From: Tubulanus polymorphus
Lineage: Eukaryota; Animalia; Nemertea
DNA length: 64,000 nucleotides
Assembly (NCBI RefSeq): GCF_964204645.1
Contig: NC_134028.1
Location: 21,944,345 to 22,008,344, forward strand
Direction: 5' to 3'
Made by a program: the position numbers and the translations under genes. Positions 24,180-38,838 of the stretch are shown here, one piece after another; within the stretch, counting starts at the first letter, position 1; the number at the start of each line of letters is the position of its first letter. The notes under the pieces were generated by a model. That model searched no databases. It had not been told where the DNA came from and was given only the letters and a program-made list of their open reading frames with translations.

Positions 24180-26450
24180 ATGTTTGAGAAATGCTCAAAT
24201 TAGTCGTTCAGAGAGGCTTTACATTCACCTTGCTTTTCTTTTTTGAAAAATTTCCAAAAAGCCTTTGGGTCATTTTTTGACAAACCTTATCATTATGTAT
24301 GCGCACTTTGTTTTGTCTATGTTGTTTTATTGCAGAATTGTAGTTCTTGTAGGCTACTTTGATATCATTCGCGTTCACGACAGTCATATGGTTTCTTAAA
24401 CGTCATTTTGCATTACGGTAAATTCTGCGTTAAGACCTTACTCGTCTATCATAGGCTATAGTTTTATTACCCAAAGAGTTCTTTTTACACTGTTTCCTTC
24501 CCATAGAATTTTCAGCTGCGTTTAAAAGGATATTACTGAGGCGCGTATCTGCTGTGTCACTATCTATGTTATTATATAAAAAGTCAAATTTATTCTCTGT
24601 TAATTCCGTCGGTATCTAAAGCCTCTCTGAACGAATCTATTTTGTTATCGGTCCATACAATTTTACTCGACACGGTTGTTTCATCTTGCTCGTTAGAGTG
24701 TGTCGCATTTTCCTGCGCATTTCTTACTGAAAGATTACACAAAATAGGACAGTGAACGTCAGAAAAGAGTTGATCGAATTCCATCACCTCAAGATCTGTA
24801 CATTTACACAAAGAAAAAGACGACATTATAAAATAATCGACGACATGGAGATGGTTTACACCTTCTATACATGTGAATTCACCAATACACTTATCTCTCC
24901 CGACTCTTCCATTAGCAATAAAAATGTTATGGGATTTACAAAATTCTAAGAGTCTATATCCCAGTTATTAACATGTTCCTCTCTATTTCTTCGATACAGT
25001 AAATCTTTTGTCGACAAACTATCAATACTTTGTCTAACTGAGCTACAAGGCTGTGGGCATAGCTAAAGAAATCGGGTAATTGTTTCGTATGGGTATTGAA
25101 ATCGCCCCACAAGCAGTAATATGGATCGTTTCTACTTGTCACGTTTGTAAAAATCTAGGTCATCAAATAAATTAATATTCCCATAAGAACTTGATTCAGG
25201 AGGTATGCAGACGGCTCCTACATGTATTATCAAACTTCTGTCCCAATTAGTGAAACGCTTATCGATTTTAATCTGTTGAACGCAGCTCGATGATTTTTCT
25301 ATTACTTTAATATGACTGCTTAATTTTGTTTTGAAGGCAATAAATAACCCCCCCCAGATTTTCTAATAGCTATTTTGGACCGATTATTCATCGCAACTTC
25401 ATACTAGAGAATGGAAGTAATCTTTGACCCATAGGTAATCTGTATCGTCGAGTTATCGTTTCGAGGAAAACTAAAATATAATACTGACATAAAAGATCGA
25501 AGTCAAACGTATGTGCATTGGTTTTTAAGCCACATATATTCAAACATAATAGTCGAAGTTTCGCATCATTAGTTTTTGGCTCGTCGAATTCCTATGCCGG
25601 GATTTCTAGTAAAAGGCGCGTGTTCTCAATGACTTCGCTGACTGGCTTCATTGGGCTATCGTTAACCGTTAAGGTTGTATTTGACGATTCATTCACTGGG
25701 TTTGGGTTTAACGGTTTGTCAAGTTGGTCGTTTTTCGCGGACTTTCACTGGTCGTTTTTCGCGGACTTTCGCGCCATAGCTTAGTCGGATCACGCTTCTC
25801 GACTAGTTTTACCTCGCCCGCGATGATTTTATACACATCCCCATTATAAATAAGTTTATCGTATGAGACACGAACTCTCGCACCGGGTTCCCTCCTGTTT
25901 TATTGAAGTCTTCAATATAGTATTTTTCTATTATTCCTCATTTCGAATGGTAGATCTCCTGAGATTCCAACATTTTTTTCTTTTTCTTTAATTCTATATC
26001 GAGCCATTATAAACGAGCTGGCGATCATTATAATCGAGAAAACGTGCCACTATAGTGCGCGGACTTGATTTGGTGGGGTTTCTGTGAAACCTCTTTAACA
26101 CTATATTTTTCACTTTGTTATCCGGAATTTCACTAAGCAGTATTTTTCTGATTTTCTCCTCACAGTTTTCCCTCACGTTAACGGGTTCTGGGACACCGTG
26201 AAAAACCAAGTTATTTCGGCGCGATCAGGCCTCTTGATCAATCATTCGGTTTTCAAGGGCCTGTAATTTAACTAATTCCGCACTCGTCTACGTAGTTCGG
26301 TTGGGCAGATCTGTGTCTGATTTAGCAATTGACTGTACGATTTCGTTTATCTTTAACGTGAACTCATTACGTAGTTCATTTTTGACATTGTCAATTTTGA
26401 GATCAACTAAATGCTCAAAGTCGGCTTTACAAAAATTCAACTTGAAGACA
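24180..26450 (-). mobile_element. Decayed non-LTR retrotransposon retaining ORF1 and the APE endonuclease region
   Basis: ORF1 RRM-like (RRNNLVFHGVPE...ENCEEKIRKIL...RFHR..PRTIVARFLDY) at ~25990-26225. Endonuclease motifs WGDFN (~25100) and SDVHCPI (~24750). Many stops and frameshifts. Confidence 0.8.
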
Positions 26451-26497
26451 TAAACTGTCAACGTTAAAAAAAATTAAGTTTCTCGAAAAACAGGTGA

Positions 26498-29494
26498 TTA
26501 TGCTAACGACATATGAGATGCTATCCATTCACGGCTAACAGCTGACCGCAGACGACGGATTTCTGATGGCTTTTCACTCGTTAATGAACGGATGTGTTTA
26601 ATCCAGAATGGTATCATTACTAGAACACTGACCGCCACTAAACCTGCCGTCAATTCAAATGAATAGATGTAGTTCCCGGTTGCGTCATATAGCCACCCTG
26701 AAAATACAAATATCTTTAAAAACGTAAACAAATCTAGTCGATCTGTTGCTTCTTTACTTATTGAAAACTAACCAGCATATCAATGGTTGTAGTTGTGTCC
26801 AAGAAGGCCGGTCACATTACCTAATTAGAGAGCCCTTTAGATTATCGGCTAGAAAAATCCCAGATACATGTAAACCCGTCAAATCCCCGTGGACCTTCGA
26901 CCTTGGGCGCTTGAACATTTCGTTGGTTCATGGGTCGTTCGCAACTTACCGGCTAATGGAGCACCGACCATGTATCCAACTCCAGAAGGTAACAACATGT
27001 ATTGTACGGCCATATGAAGATATCTATACTCTATGATATCAGCAACAACTAGATGAGTGAGTCCAGAAAATGCTGACAATCCGATTCCAATGATAACAAC
27101 TAAAACAACAGCGGCTGTGAATCCTTCGAATACAGGAATTAGCGCCACCGTAACGCTTAGTAAAACATTAACTATTAGAAACAGAGTGAATGTATCAATA
27201 CGAGGATGCTGCGAGATTATAGATACGATAAATCGTGATACCGTATTACTAGCTCCCAAGTACGGAACTAGATATCTAGCGCTTTCTAAATCCAATTTGC
27301 AAATATCAGCGAATCCGGAAACTATGTGCACAAATATGATTGAAACGCCCACATACAAGAAAAATACAGGAAAAATAACTCCTATAAAAGTTGGTTGTCG
27401 CAGAATCTCAACGTCTAACATATTCTTACAGCCCGAGGATGTTTTTTCTGTTGTTTTATCGTTATTTTGATCACTGACCAATTGATCTTGCGCAGTATTA
27501 TCATCGCTATGCATAATGGTGCCATTTTGCTTTTCTTGTATAATAAGAATGTCTTTATTGCGTAGAGGTTTATTCCATGTGCGCAGGACTAAACTACAGG
27601 GTATTAGATTCAGAGTTAAGGCGCCGATTATTAGAACTGCTCCTCGCCAGGTATAAACTTCGATGGTCGCGTTTATGATGACCCCGAAGACGATAGTTCC
27701 CAAAGAAACTGATGACATTATGAAAGCGCTGGCTATCGATCTGTAGCGGCGGAATCTGATGAGGAAGTAAGCGATCACGGGTCCGTTATGGAACGAATGA
27801 ACCATTCCTGAAAAGAAAAGCCTTACGTAGTTTAAAGCCGAGCGCAAAACAGTACGAAAAGAAAACCTTTTTCCTGCTTCCCTCGTGAGTAATGCGGCGT
27901 TCCAAAACAACCGAAATTGTAAAAATAGTCACACTAGGACGTGAATTGAATTTCATTTATCAAGAATCAAATCAAAATATACGACCTCTCACTAGAGTAG
28001 AGATCGTCGTCAGGTGTGAGGGAATAAATAGAGACAAGGGGTATATATGAGTATGGGTAAAAATCCCACAATAAATGAATGAACCTAAGTTTATTCAAAA
28101 ATTAGAAATATTGGGTTGCTACCCTTTTTCAGTCTAAAAGCCAAATGAATACACGGTATATGTATGTATGTGAATACATATTTTCGTGAAATAAGACACT
28201 CACCCCTGCACATGCATAATGAGGAATTAAGATCTGATATATTCAGAAAGGAGACCAAGACAAGGGGCTTAAAACTTTTGGAATGAGCGACAATCAAAGC
28301 ATATTCGACTAATGCGATCAGATTAGGAATAGGCTCTAGGGAAATCAAAATAATGTCCGGTTTTAAAAGAATGAAGGACTATCCAATTGATGAATATAGA
28401 AATATAGAAAAGGTCACATTAATCAGAACAAGAGGGGTCTTGACGATACTGATCACAATTCTATTCTCAATTCCTTTATAATCTGTTAAATTCTGTTTAA
28501 TGTATAATTGGCTCTATACGTGGCAACCTTATGTCGAACTTCGCGAAATATGTTATCATTGTTTGCACAGACCCGCGGTTACTAATCAGTGCGTTGATGT
28601 CGAAACATATTAAACACATAATCGAACGATATTTACATGCATGTTAGGGAAAACAAAATTTCTCGTTTCGCGAAGCCAAAGTGGTTCTGGTTTTTGTTAC
28701 TTATTTTTGGAGCACTGCTGCACTCCGTTATAAAACAAGCATCTACAATGATACTTTTCGTGTTCGAATGGTGTGTGTGGGGGCACAGTGAGTCTTTGTA
28801 TGGAAAAATATGTCAAATACGTTCAAGTATCTAGTCGCATGGTGAAAAACGGTTATTGATTTATGAGTCGTTAACACATTTACATACCATTATCAACATA
28901 CGTAAGCAAATGACTCTAGACTCTGTTAGCTGTTGACTGGGACTTACCAGCAGGTCAGCTAATATGAAAAGGTGAAAGCTAGAATTCATAGTAAAAAGTT
29001 AAATCTATCGTATATTTACCACTGAATATCCATAGAACGTATATCAGCCATAGTTTCGTCGAAAGTGCGGAGCAGCAAATAGATAAACCGTTCAGAATAC
29101 CAGACACGACTAAACATCGCCTTAATCCAAATTTCTTAACTAACACACCAGCAACTGGGGCTAAAAAGAAGATTTTAGCGTTTCTTAGACATCAAGAAGA
29201 AAAAGAGGCCAAGTCGAAAATCGTTTTGGACCATTAGACTGTTACGAGAATTAAATCTTTTTTTTCAAACTAGAGCTTACCTAATATGAGACACATTCCG
29301 TGACCTGCGCCTATCCACGACACAACCTCGTACCCCGTATCGAAATATTCCGCCCATTCGACGATCAGAATACCGACTGAATAGAAAACTCCCCCTAAAA
29401 TCATGAGTATTCCTACACTAGCTAACACCAGACAATATCCTTCAATTCTACCCGGCTCGCGAAAATCGTCCCCGAATTCATTATCAGTCGTCAT
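26498..29494 (-). CDS. SLC16/MCT-like transporter, copy C (exons 29494-29281, 29160-29020, 27807-26950, 26697-26498; 470 aa)
   Basis: Same exon structure; GWLYDATGNY; 1413 nt in frame. Confidence 0.88.
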
Positions 29495-30917
29495 TTTCGC
29501 ATATATCCCAACTAATATATCACAGTCGCTCGGAGGTAGTGACGCATCTGACAATCAGTAGAACGAGTGAACAAACGTTTCACCTATTCAACTACTTCAC
29601 GATATTAACCCTAGCACACCCATACCGTACGTCGAGTAACGGGTGAATAAGTATGGTTTAGAGTCCGCGCACAAAATTATTAACGAAGTTAACTAAAACG
29701 CTTAATCCGAATCCGAATTAGAAAATTAACCCAAGCTAAAACATGAGCCTTTGAAGCGAGTTAAGTATGACATAAAGAGGTTTTGACTGCATGTTTTTGT
29801 TAGCCAAACACCAGTGCTGGAGACATGCCGTACGTACATAACCCTAAAAATCTGCGTTAGGATACACGTGCTGGAGACTGCCGTACAACAACAACTGAAA
29901 GTATTATTATACAAACTACGAGGGTCTGATATAAATCACGTAGTCAGCCGGTGTAGTCTAGTCGAAAATACACATAGCTGCGAGACCTCTAGATCTAACG
30001 TATCAGTTGCCCCCATTATTGTATCAAGTACAAAATTCCAGGGCCGTCCAGGCTGGTGCGGCGACGGGTTCGAGCTCACCTACTCGCAAAATTCTTAGTT
30101 CCGCTTAATTCCCTGTCCTCGAAAATTTGCTTGATACTTTCCATGGATGTACTCTAATCTTTAAAGTTAGAGGTGTTGTGTTGTATATTTTGTCTTAGAC
30201 TTGATGCGGTTGGTATCCTCTAGATACAATTCCACGAGTAAGAGTTAACTCTGAGTTAAAATCAGTAAATTTTTGATGTTTTAACTCTAGTGTCTAATGT
30301 TGCTGAACTTGCTCTGCTAATAATTGATAGAGAATGATCATTATATGTAAGTGTCAGTTCTGATTATAAAAGTTATTCAGATTCTGCCGTATTCATGGAA
30401 GATATCACAAAAGAAAAATGGCCACAAGGCCCTCAGAATACGCCTCGGAGTACCTTGATGACGGTTGTGCCGTAATGACTCATATTTAGTTCCACTTTGC
30501 CGGAGTATCGCACCTACCCACATTAAGTGGCTGGCATAAAATACGGCCCTAGACGAACTCTCCAGTTTTGTCGATCAATGTGTCATTATCATTAGAGACA
30601 TAACTGAGGAATAATTGTAATATTCTAGTCATGATTTCTATTTTCAGCGTGACGATTGTTATGAGGCCGTCATTTACATACAAGACAATCAATACATACA
30701 TAATACGGCCCAAGTCGGATATAGCATAGTATAGTGCCTTGGCGTAGAGTTAACAAGTTGTGCGGTTAATGTATCAGCGCATCAATACATTGGCGCATGA
30801 ATACATTGCTAATTGGGTATAAATGCGCGGCAAAGGAACAGTTCATTTACACGTTGACCGACGACTAGTGGCAGTTGACAACTGTTGGTTGTTTGTTGGT
30901 TGGCCCAGTGGAGAGAT

Positions 30918-31111
30918 GATAGAGTGCATATTTCACCCGCTGGTTGACGGCCGACGGATGACACGATACAATGTTGTCGCCAATTTATGTACAAGGATCG
31001 TGGTGGCAAAAATGAGAGACGATAGAGTGCATAGACCTATATCATCCGCTGGTTGACGGTCGACGGACGACACGTCGCAATGTTGTCGCCAATGTATGTA
31101 GAAGGATCGTG
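30918..31111. repeat. Tandem ~100-bp duplication
   Basis: GATAGAGTGCATA...CCGCTGGTTGACGG.CGACGGA.GACACG...CAATGTTGTCGCCAAT.TATGTA.AAGGATCGTGG occurs twice. Confidence 0.8.
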
Positions 31112-32690
31112 GGTTGACTGGTTGACGGGTGACCACAAAACACAAACAAACAAGAGAAGTAAATCTAAAGCGAAACAGTAAACTATAAGAATCAGCTGCG
31201 GAAGTTTCATTTTTGATTTGGAAAAAAAGAGCCGTCACGTATCGATGTCGTTCTGTAGCAATTTGAACAATGCCATATTTCACCGTCCCCACGTTTGTTT
31301 TTTTTTGGAGGCGCATCTCACGTTGACAGTGCTAAAAATAAATAATGAATCTCCTGTGATTTTGAAGGCTTAACCGTGTTGAAACTAATATCAGAGAACT
31401 GGAATTGACTAAAGAAACATAGAAATGTAATTTGTATTTTAAGTATGGGGTTGATCATGTGTTTGGTCACGTGGTGTGTTTGGTGTATTAGGTTAATAGA
31501 TCGTTAATAGGTAATTTGTTGGTTGGTAGATACGTCGACACGTTGACACATGGAATGTTAATGGCTGGCGATGTGAGTGTGTCGACATGACAACTTTCTT
31601 TGGGATACACATAAACCGAACAACGCAGTAAGCATACGCGAAGGAACTATACTATGCAATACCCTACTTGAGCCCATAATACCTTAGTCTAATTTCTATT
31701 GGCAGCCACATTTTTTTTGTGTAAAAAACCGTTTTGAATTCGTTTTCTACAGCCCCAGATATATACAAAGAGTCTAATTTTCTCCAAACAATACTGAAAC
31801 TAACAAACAACGATAAAAGGAAAATTGATGAGGAGGAATTACACGGGCTCTCATACTTCTCTCTAAGCAGGGATTCGAACCTGACGGCATCGTGAAACTC
31901 GGCCCAAGTAATCTGACCTGAAAGATTATTAGAGCCTTGAAAAATGACACTTGCATAGAATTATCGGCAAAATGATGAAATACAAAATTATACGATATTG
32001 AGGATAAAAACTCATTCTGCATTTGAATATATCGATGGTTTAACTGAATAAGCCGGCAACCAGTCTAGTCCCGATATATCGATGACTTAGTGCCATTCCT
32101 CTTAAAAACGATCATTTCAAATTTACCAAATACAAGAGTTAAGAACTATATTCAATTACGATATAAACGCCAAAATTCACAATTGTAACTGCTATTTTCA
32201 ATCGCTAATATTGGCGATGTAGTTAGTGCACATCGACTCACACATGATAATCTATTCGATTGAATTTCTTTTAATAATGAATATTTTACTTCACATTGTA
32301 TACAAACATAGTTTTTCGTTGTGAAATACCATTTTAGTTCATTTTTCATTATCGCCTTTATTTGACAATAATTCATCATGAATAAGAGAGTTTCGATTCA
32401 ATAGATTATTTTCAAGCCATATGATATTGTACAATTTTCATACTTGCCCCGAATCAGTGACCATATACATTATTGTATTGTAAATTATAAAGAAAAATAA
32501 AACAGGTTTTCATGTCGAATTAGGTGCGCGAGTGGACTGTTTATAGACATGCATTTTGTCTTGTCTCTCAGTACCTGGAATCTAGTCTCAAATTATCGAC
32601 TAGTCGTACGTAGTAACATAACATAAATAAAAAAGGCATTTTCAAGTAAGGACCGGTAGAGTTTGGTAGGCTAAAACCTGAGATTACAAA

Positions 32691-33915
32691 ATGTGTGGCC
32701 TAAAAGGCAAAGATGTATGCAACATTTTGGGAGCAATATTCGTACGAACGATTTTCATAATATTTGTTCTTATTGCAATTTGGCGAGTGGTCGAAGGTCG
32801 CGGGACACTTTTTTGGCTGTTGGCTTTGTCACTGGTTCCATTGATAGCCGAAGGAATCTATCGACTTATCAGATATAAAGGGACCGAAACTAATAGATGG
32901 TAATGTAGACTATAATATAACGTTTCAGTGTTGACTAAGACTTTTCATTCACTTAGAGTAATTGATTCGATGATTATTTGTTTTTAGGTTCAGCGTTTGT
33001 TTCTTTTTATTTCTCCTTCCGATCGTTGCCTGTATTTGGCTACTGCAGTTGAAGTATAACGAATGTATCCTCGACGCGATTCAGAACTCCACCCGTCAAA
33101 GCTATTGTAAACTTGAAACTTTTGAGATATCGTATAAGCAAATATTCGGGGTAAGATTTTAATTCGTGTTTCGTATTTGAGCGTATTTTTCAACTCTCCC
33201 AACTACGTGTACGTAATTTCCAAGCGCTGTGTTCATAGAAGAATTACCAATTCTTATAGATGTTTCTTTTTCAACGTGATATTTGTAGATCGCGGTTCCT
33301 ATACCTCAACTCTCTCAACTCAATTGGATTCTGAGTATTCAACAGGTTACCGTTATCATGCTCGCTATCGGTCGATGTTTGTTGCCGAATGATTTCAGTA
33401 ACCGCATTCTCCTGACTCAAATGCTACTGGGGCTCATCGCTAACGGCGCTGACGTCATCGAATTCTTCCAAATCCAAAACGATATGAAACTCAAGGGCGT
33501 TCGCGATCCGATTATTTTCGTTCACTTGGCCTTGTGGTCGTTCAGTATGCTGCCCTTCTGTTTCTCACTGAGTCTGCTTGTTCGACGAGAAGAGGACCCT
33601 GCGCCTAAACCGACGACCGACGAAAGTTCGGACGAGAAGGAGCAAACACGCAAGGAAGCGTTCAAGGACGTTCTATTCGCTGAACGCTGGTCAGTGATTC
33701 TAGACGTCACATGTATGGATGCGCCTTACCTAGCAGCGAGAATATACGTCATGATTGAGTATAACATATTCACGAGTACGCTGCTATTCTTCGCTGTTAA
33801 AAACGCCTTTAAGGTGGTTGGAGGAATCGCCTTGTTCTTTATGATGATGCCGTGCTGCAAAGGGAAAGCGGCGAGCAAAACATCGAAGGTGTCACCTGAT
33901 GATATTGAGGCCTAG
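32691..33915 (+). CDS. TMEM26-like membrane protein, copy 1 (exons 32691-32899, 32988-33150, 33289-33915; 332 aa)
   Basis: WFSVCFFLFL..IWLLQL, IGRCLLP, QMLLGLIANGADVIEF, LWSFSMLPF, DAPYLAAR, FFAVKN correspond to TMEM26-family motifs. Splice sites give 999 nt in frame. Confidence 0.85.
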
Positions 33916-34095
33916 AACTGTGGACGCCTTCTCCGGATGAAATGAAGCCGCTGGATTTAGAGGGCCTACCAAACTGCGACGATATACATTGTAGATCTTA
34001 TTTACAGGGATATTTGTCGAAGGAACATTTGCTGTGATATATAATCAGGTGTGATTTCTTACATATCAAGTACGTAGGACTTCAGTAGAGCTATA

Positions 34096-34508
34096 ACCGC
34101 GTTCACACTAGATTCGGCGCTTATGAAGGACCGCACTTCGCTGGTGCCGAATTCACCAAAATACGGAGCTTACACTGCCAGTTACGTTCACACGTAGAGT
34201 CGGCAATTCGGCATTTAGTATAGCAATCACCCGGTGATCCGATAGAGGGGAGTGTAATTAGTGTTGAGTGTTTTGTAAACTACGCGGATATACCTGGCTA
34301 GCTAAGCCCTGAATCTGCGTTCAAACTACAAAAAAATATGCCGCCAGCTCAGTTCCGTATTGAGATCGGGTTTTCGGCGCGGAATCTCATTCCGCGCTTA
34401 ATAAGCCGCGTATTTCAGTACGGAACCGAATAAGCCGCGAATAGGCCTCGAATAATTTCCAAGTGTGAACGCTTAGTACCGTACCAAAATCCTAGTGTGA
34501 ACGCAGCT
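34096..34508. mobile_element. PIF/Harbinger-like MITE
   Basis: Terminal inverted repeats GCGTTCACACTAG ... CTAGTGTGAACGC with TA/TWA-like flanks. Confidence 0.6.
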
Positions 34509-35269
34509 TACGTGGCAGTTCAGACTAACGTACGAGGATTTCTGTATCTATTCATTGTTTACCACGATATATCAATCTACATATAAATAAAGTTGTATCG
34601 TAGTTTGTTCTTTTATATTATTCATTTTCTATGCGTGGGAACTGGTCTTAGTTCTCTCTACTTACTAAGAAACCTAGGGGTGTAACGGACCTGTTTTCGA
34701 AAAAAAAACAACTATCATGTGTTCAACGATTAGTGGATAAAAACCGCTTTCGATGTTTGTTTCGAGCGAACCGATAATAAGTTTACTGCATTTTGTTTAG
34801 ACAACCAAGATGGCGGCTTATTCAAACACGATGAGGAAGTCGTCATTTGCCATCTTACTAAACTGCAAGACCTAAATCAACAAAGCATCTGTTTACGTCA
34901 TATAAACTGGTTTCGAGAACTTTACCGAGTTCCTCAATACCCAACGGGTCGATTCTAAGCAAATACGCATTATGTTCTTCCTACTATTATCCACGCGGAA
35001 TGGATCCGATTTAATGTATCTCGAATCCCCCAGTTTGTGAGGTTGATCCTCTGTCAATGGCCTATGAAAAATACATCCGTCTTAAACATAAATAAACGCA
35101 CCTCTAAAACATGATTTTGAAAATTCCATCATACGGGGATACTATTGTCTTTGGTGTGCATTACTAAATTAAATATTTTACAACATAGCTACACTTGAAA
35201 ACAAAACCCAAATATGATTCCTTTCCTTTTGTCGGTTTTAATTTTGGTGGATAAACTTGTGGATTTAGT

Positions 35270-37784
35270 ATGTGCGGACACAAATGCAAAGATGTATGTA
35301 GCATTTTGGGAGCGATATTCGTACGAACGATTATCACGTTTTTCATGCTAATTACGATTTGGCGAGTCACCGTGGGCTACGGAACGGTTTACTGGCTGTT
35401 GTCTTTGTCGCTGGTTCCGTTAGTTGCCGAAGGAATCTATCGACTCATCAGATATAAAGGAGCCGAAACTAATAGATGGTAATGTAGATTATAATATAAC
35501 GTTTCGGTGTTGACTAAGACTATTCATTCACCGTTATTAACTGATTCGGTGATGATTTGTTTTTAGGTTCTGCGTTTGTTTCTCGTTATTTCTCCTCCCG
35601 GTCGTTGTCTGTATTTGGCTACTGCAGTTGAAGTATAACGAATGTATCCTCGACGCGATTCAGAACTCCACCCGTCAAAGCCTTTGCGAAGGCGATACTA
35701 TCGCGATGTCACATGAGAGAATATTCGGGGTAAGAATGACGTTACTAAGTTTTTTCATTTTTCGTATTGATAACTGATGTTCATAAAGGATAAAGCTTGG
35801 CACCCATCATTCTTAGAGAGTAGGAACCTCGTTGAAGAAAAGTGAGGGTGCCATTTTTTTCATTGTTATCTAACTGCCATGACAACATACTTATTATCGT
35901 TCTATGGTGTCAAAAATGCATAATTGTGAAATTTTTCTATTTGGATGGTGCTCTGGGAATTATTGGATACATTTTCACTCTTTTTTAAATCTCGACTGGT
36001 ATTTTTATGCTGATTCTAATTATCAAGGTTAAAGAACTCAACTAGTAACATTTATTTACCCATAATATTTTCAGTCTTATCCCCCAAAAATGCCATATGT
36101 TTGGCACTTTTTATCAAGGCCTAACTTTTTTTCTATACTTGATACTATTTATGGAAAAAACTCACAATGTATATACCACAATGATTTCATAGGACCCAGG
36201 ATTCTTCTGTTACCATTATACATTTTTGACACCATAGAAGGGTAAGAAGCCTGTTGGCATGGCAACTAGAAAACAATGATATAAAATGGCACCCTCCCTT
36301 TTCTGAAACTTCGAGAATTCTATACTTTCTAAAAATAATGGGTGCCAAGCTTTATCCTTTTCTGCACACTCGGCTCAATAAGCTCTTGGACTAGTGTTTA
36401 TGAATGGTCAATGGTTCATCGTTAATAACGTTGATGGATAATCTATCAATATGAGTATGGGAGCGATGTTTCGTTGTACATATGCCAACATGTACTAAAT
36501 TATCGGGAGAACATTCCCAAGCCCGACAGAGGTGGATACCTCAGTTGTTGATATGAAAGAAATTCTTTATCAGCTTAGTCACTCGGCGTAAGAACATTTT
36601 TGACGCCGTAGAAACCGTTACAATAATGTTTATATAGATTGATACCTAGTATGCGTTATATGAGGGTTTCTATGTGAGTCGATGTGCACTACGTCATCAA
36701 TATTGGAGTTTCAATTTTTGATAAACGTTTAAAATCATTTTGAGAGGATGTGCGCTACGTCATCGATATATCGGGCTTTGACTGGTTGCCGGTCAATCGA
36801 TTCAATTTTCGAAATCTAAAAAATCTAAAATCAAATCTAAAATAACTTAATTGATGTTAATTTCATATAATCTATTTTACATTATTTATTATCGACAATA
36901 TAAAGCAACGTAAGTGTTCTTTTTTTCAAGTTAGTTTTCTTGTTTGCCTATCAGATCTCCATTATTACACTGATGTGTGTGTATGAAACCACGGTAGATA
37001 AATTTCAAGGAAGTGAAAGGAATAAGGAATCCAGAAATTTTACAATCGAGATCATCTTATGTTTTGTTATCCATTTGACATCACAGCTTTTGTCTATATT
37101 GAATTATTGATCGACACCATTTGTGATTCTAATTCTATGTATAATTTGTAGATACGCGTAGCAGTTCCTCAACTCTCTCAACTCAATTGGATTATGAGTA
37201 TTCAGCAGGTTATGGTTATCGTGCTCGGTGTCGGTCGATGTTTTTTGCCGTGCAATTACAGTGGTCGTGTCCGTTTGGCTCAAATGTTATTGGGGCTCAT
37301 CGCTAACGGCGCTGACGTCATCGAATTTTTTCAACTGCAACAAGATTTTGAAATCTCGGACGTACGCGATCTGGCCGCTTACGTTCACTTAGCCTTGTGG
37401 ACGTTCAGTATGCTGCCATTCTGTTTCTCACTGAGTCTAGTTGATGAACAAGACGCGGATCCCGTACTTGAATCGACGACCGACGAAAGTCTGGATGAGT
37501 CGATAAAGCCAAACACGATATTGTTCAAGGATATATTGATTTATCAACGCTGGGCAGTGATTCTAGATGCCGTATGTATGGATGGACCCTTCCTAGTGAT
37601 GAGGATATGTTTCATGATTTGGTACAAAATAACCACGAGTTCGCTGCTATTTTTCTCTGTGAAAAATGCCTTGAAGTTGGTCGGAGGAGTGGCCCTGTTT
37701 TTCATGATGCTGCCGCGCTGTTCCGGCCAAGGGAAAGCTGCAAGACGAGAAAGGAAAGTGTCGCCAGAAGATATTGAAATGTAG
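35270..37784 (+). CDS. TMEM26-like membrane protein, copy 2 (exons 35270-35478, 35567-35729, 37152-37784; 334 aa)
   Basis: Tandem paralog of copy 1 with the same intron positions; MDGPFLVMR, FFSVKN; 1005 nt in frame. Confidence 0.85.
35785..36360. mobile_element. MITE with long imperfect TIRs in TMEM26-like copy 2, intron 2
   Basis: AAAGGATAAAGCTTGGCACCCAT...GAGGGTGCCATTTT...TTCTATGGTGTCAAAAATG is mirrored at 36220-36360. It is absent from the short equivalent intron of copy 1. Confidence 0.8.
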
Positions 37785-38396
37785 TAATTATACGTGATTT
37801 ACATGTGAAGCATTCCTCCTTTACTAAATGCCTCTCTGAATCTAGTATTTAGGTCTAAATGGTCGTACATACTATAAACTAAACTCAATTAATTGATGAA
37901 AACAGTCAAACAAAATATAATTAGCTGAGAAAATTAGAAACTTAAGATTCGGTCGGGTTTTAGTGGTATTCATGGATATCTACGATTTGGAAAACACTTT
38001 GCAAATTCTGATTCGAATAGATGTGAATTTAAACCCCGTCATTCATCTATGCACCATTCTGAAAAACCATGATAATCTCAACGAATATCAAATAGCTTCT
38101 AACACCTGCAAAAACAATTCGTCCACTTCACAAAACTACAATAGACAAAATGCTGGTGCTTAAAGGATTTCAGTATTTTCAGGTCGAGTCATTAAATCAG
38201 ATTTGATGTTCAAAAGCTGCTAGGATGATATGTATTCTGAGAGACGATACTTGGGTGAATAACAACAGTTCAATTGACACATGTTTAATGGGATGCTAGG
38301 TCTATAACAAACAACTGTTTTGTGTTAGGGGTTAAGTAATTTCTATACAGTATTTTGTCCGAGAGCTCCTCTATCAGAAAGGAATTAAGTCTGTCG

Positions 38397-38404
38397 TATA
38401 AAAA
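38397..38404 (+). promoter_or_regulatory. TATA box of peptide gene copy 1, followed by a non-coding exon (donor GTAAGT ~38477) and acceptor at 38821-38822
   Basis: TATAAAAA. The equivalent TATATAAA (minus strand, 58126-58133), donor and acceptor are conserved in the paralog. Confidence 0.55.
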
Positions 38405-38838
38405 CAGTTGAGAAAACCGGAAAATTTAACTCTCATCGAAAGCATTTTCGACTTGTTACAGAGTGAAAGATTCCGTAAGTAATGTTTTGCTTTGTAGTTT
38501 TTCTGTTATTTTCTTACTTGCTGCGGATGTGAAAGTGTAAGAATATTTATGTCAGCCAATGTAATAAAATGCTCCATGCACGTTCAGTATTCATTGATGA
38601 ACCGCTTGACCTTCTACCTAAATACATAAAATCGTAATTTTAGTTCTTTGCACCATTGGCAAAACTTTCTTGCAAATGGAAATGGTAATTCATCAATAGT
38701 AGTAGCTTAAACGTCCATTTAATTGGTCATCATTGACTAATTCACCCAGAGAGCTGATGTTGGAGTAAATATCATTCTCAAATATATTTCCTCAATAATA
38801 ATCTGTAATTCATTGATTACAGAAGAATCCCCGGTAAA

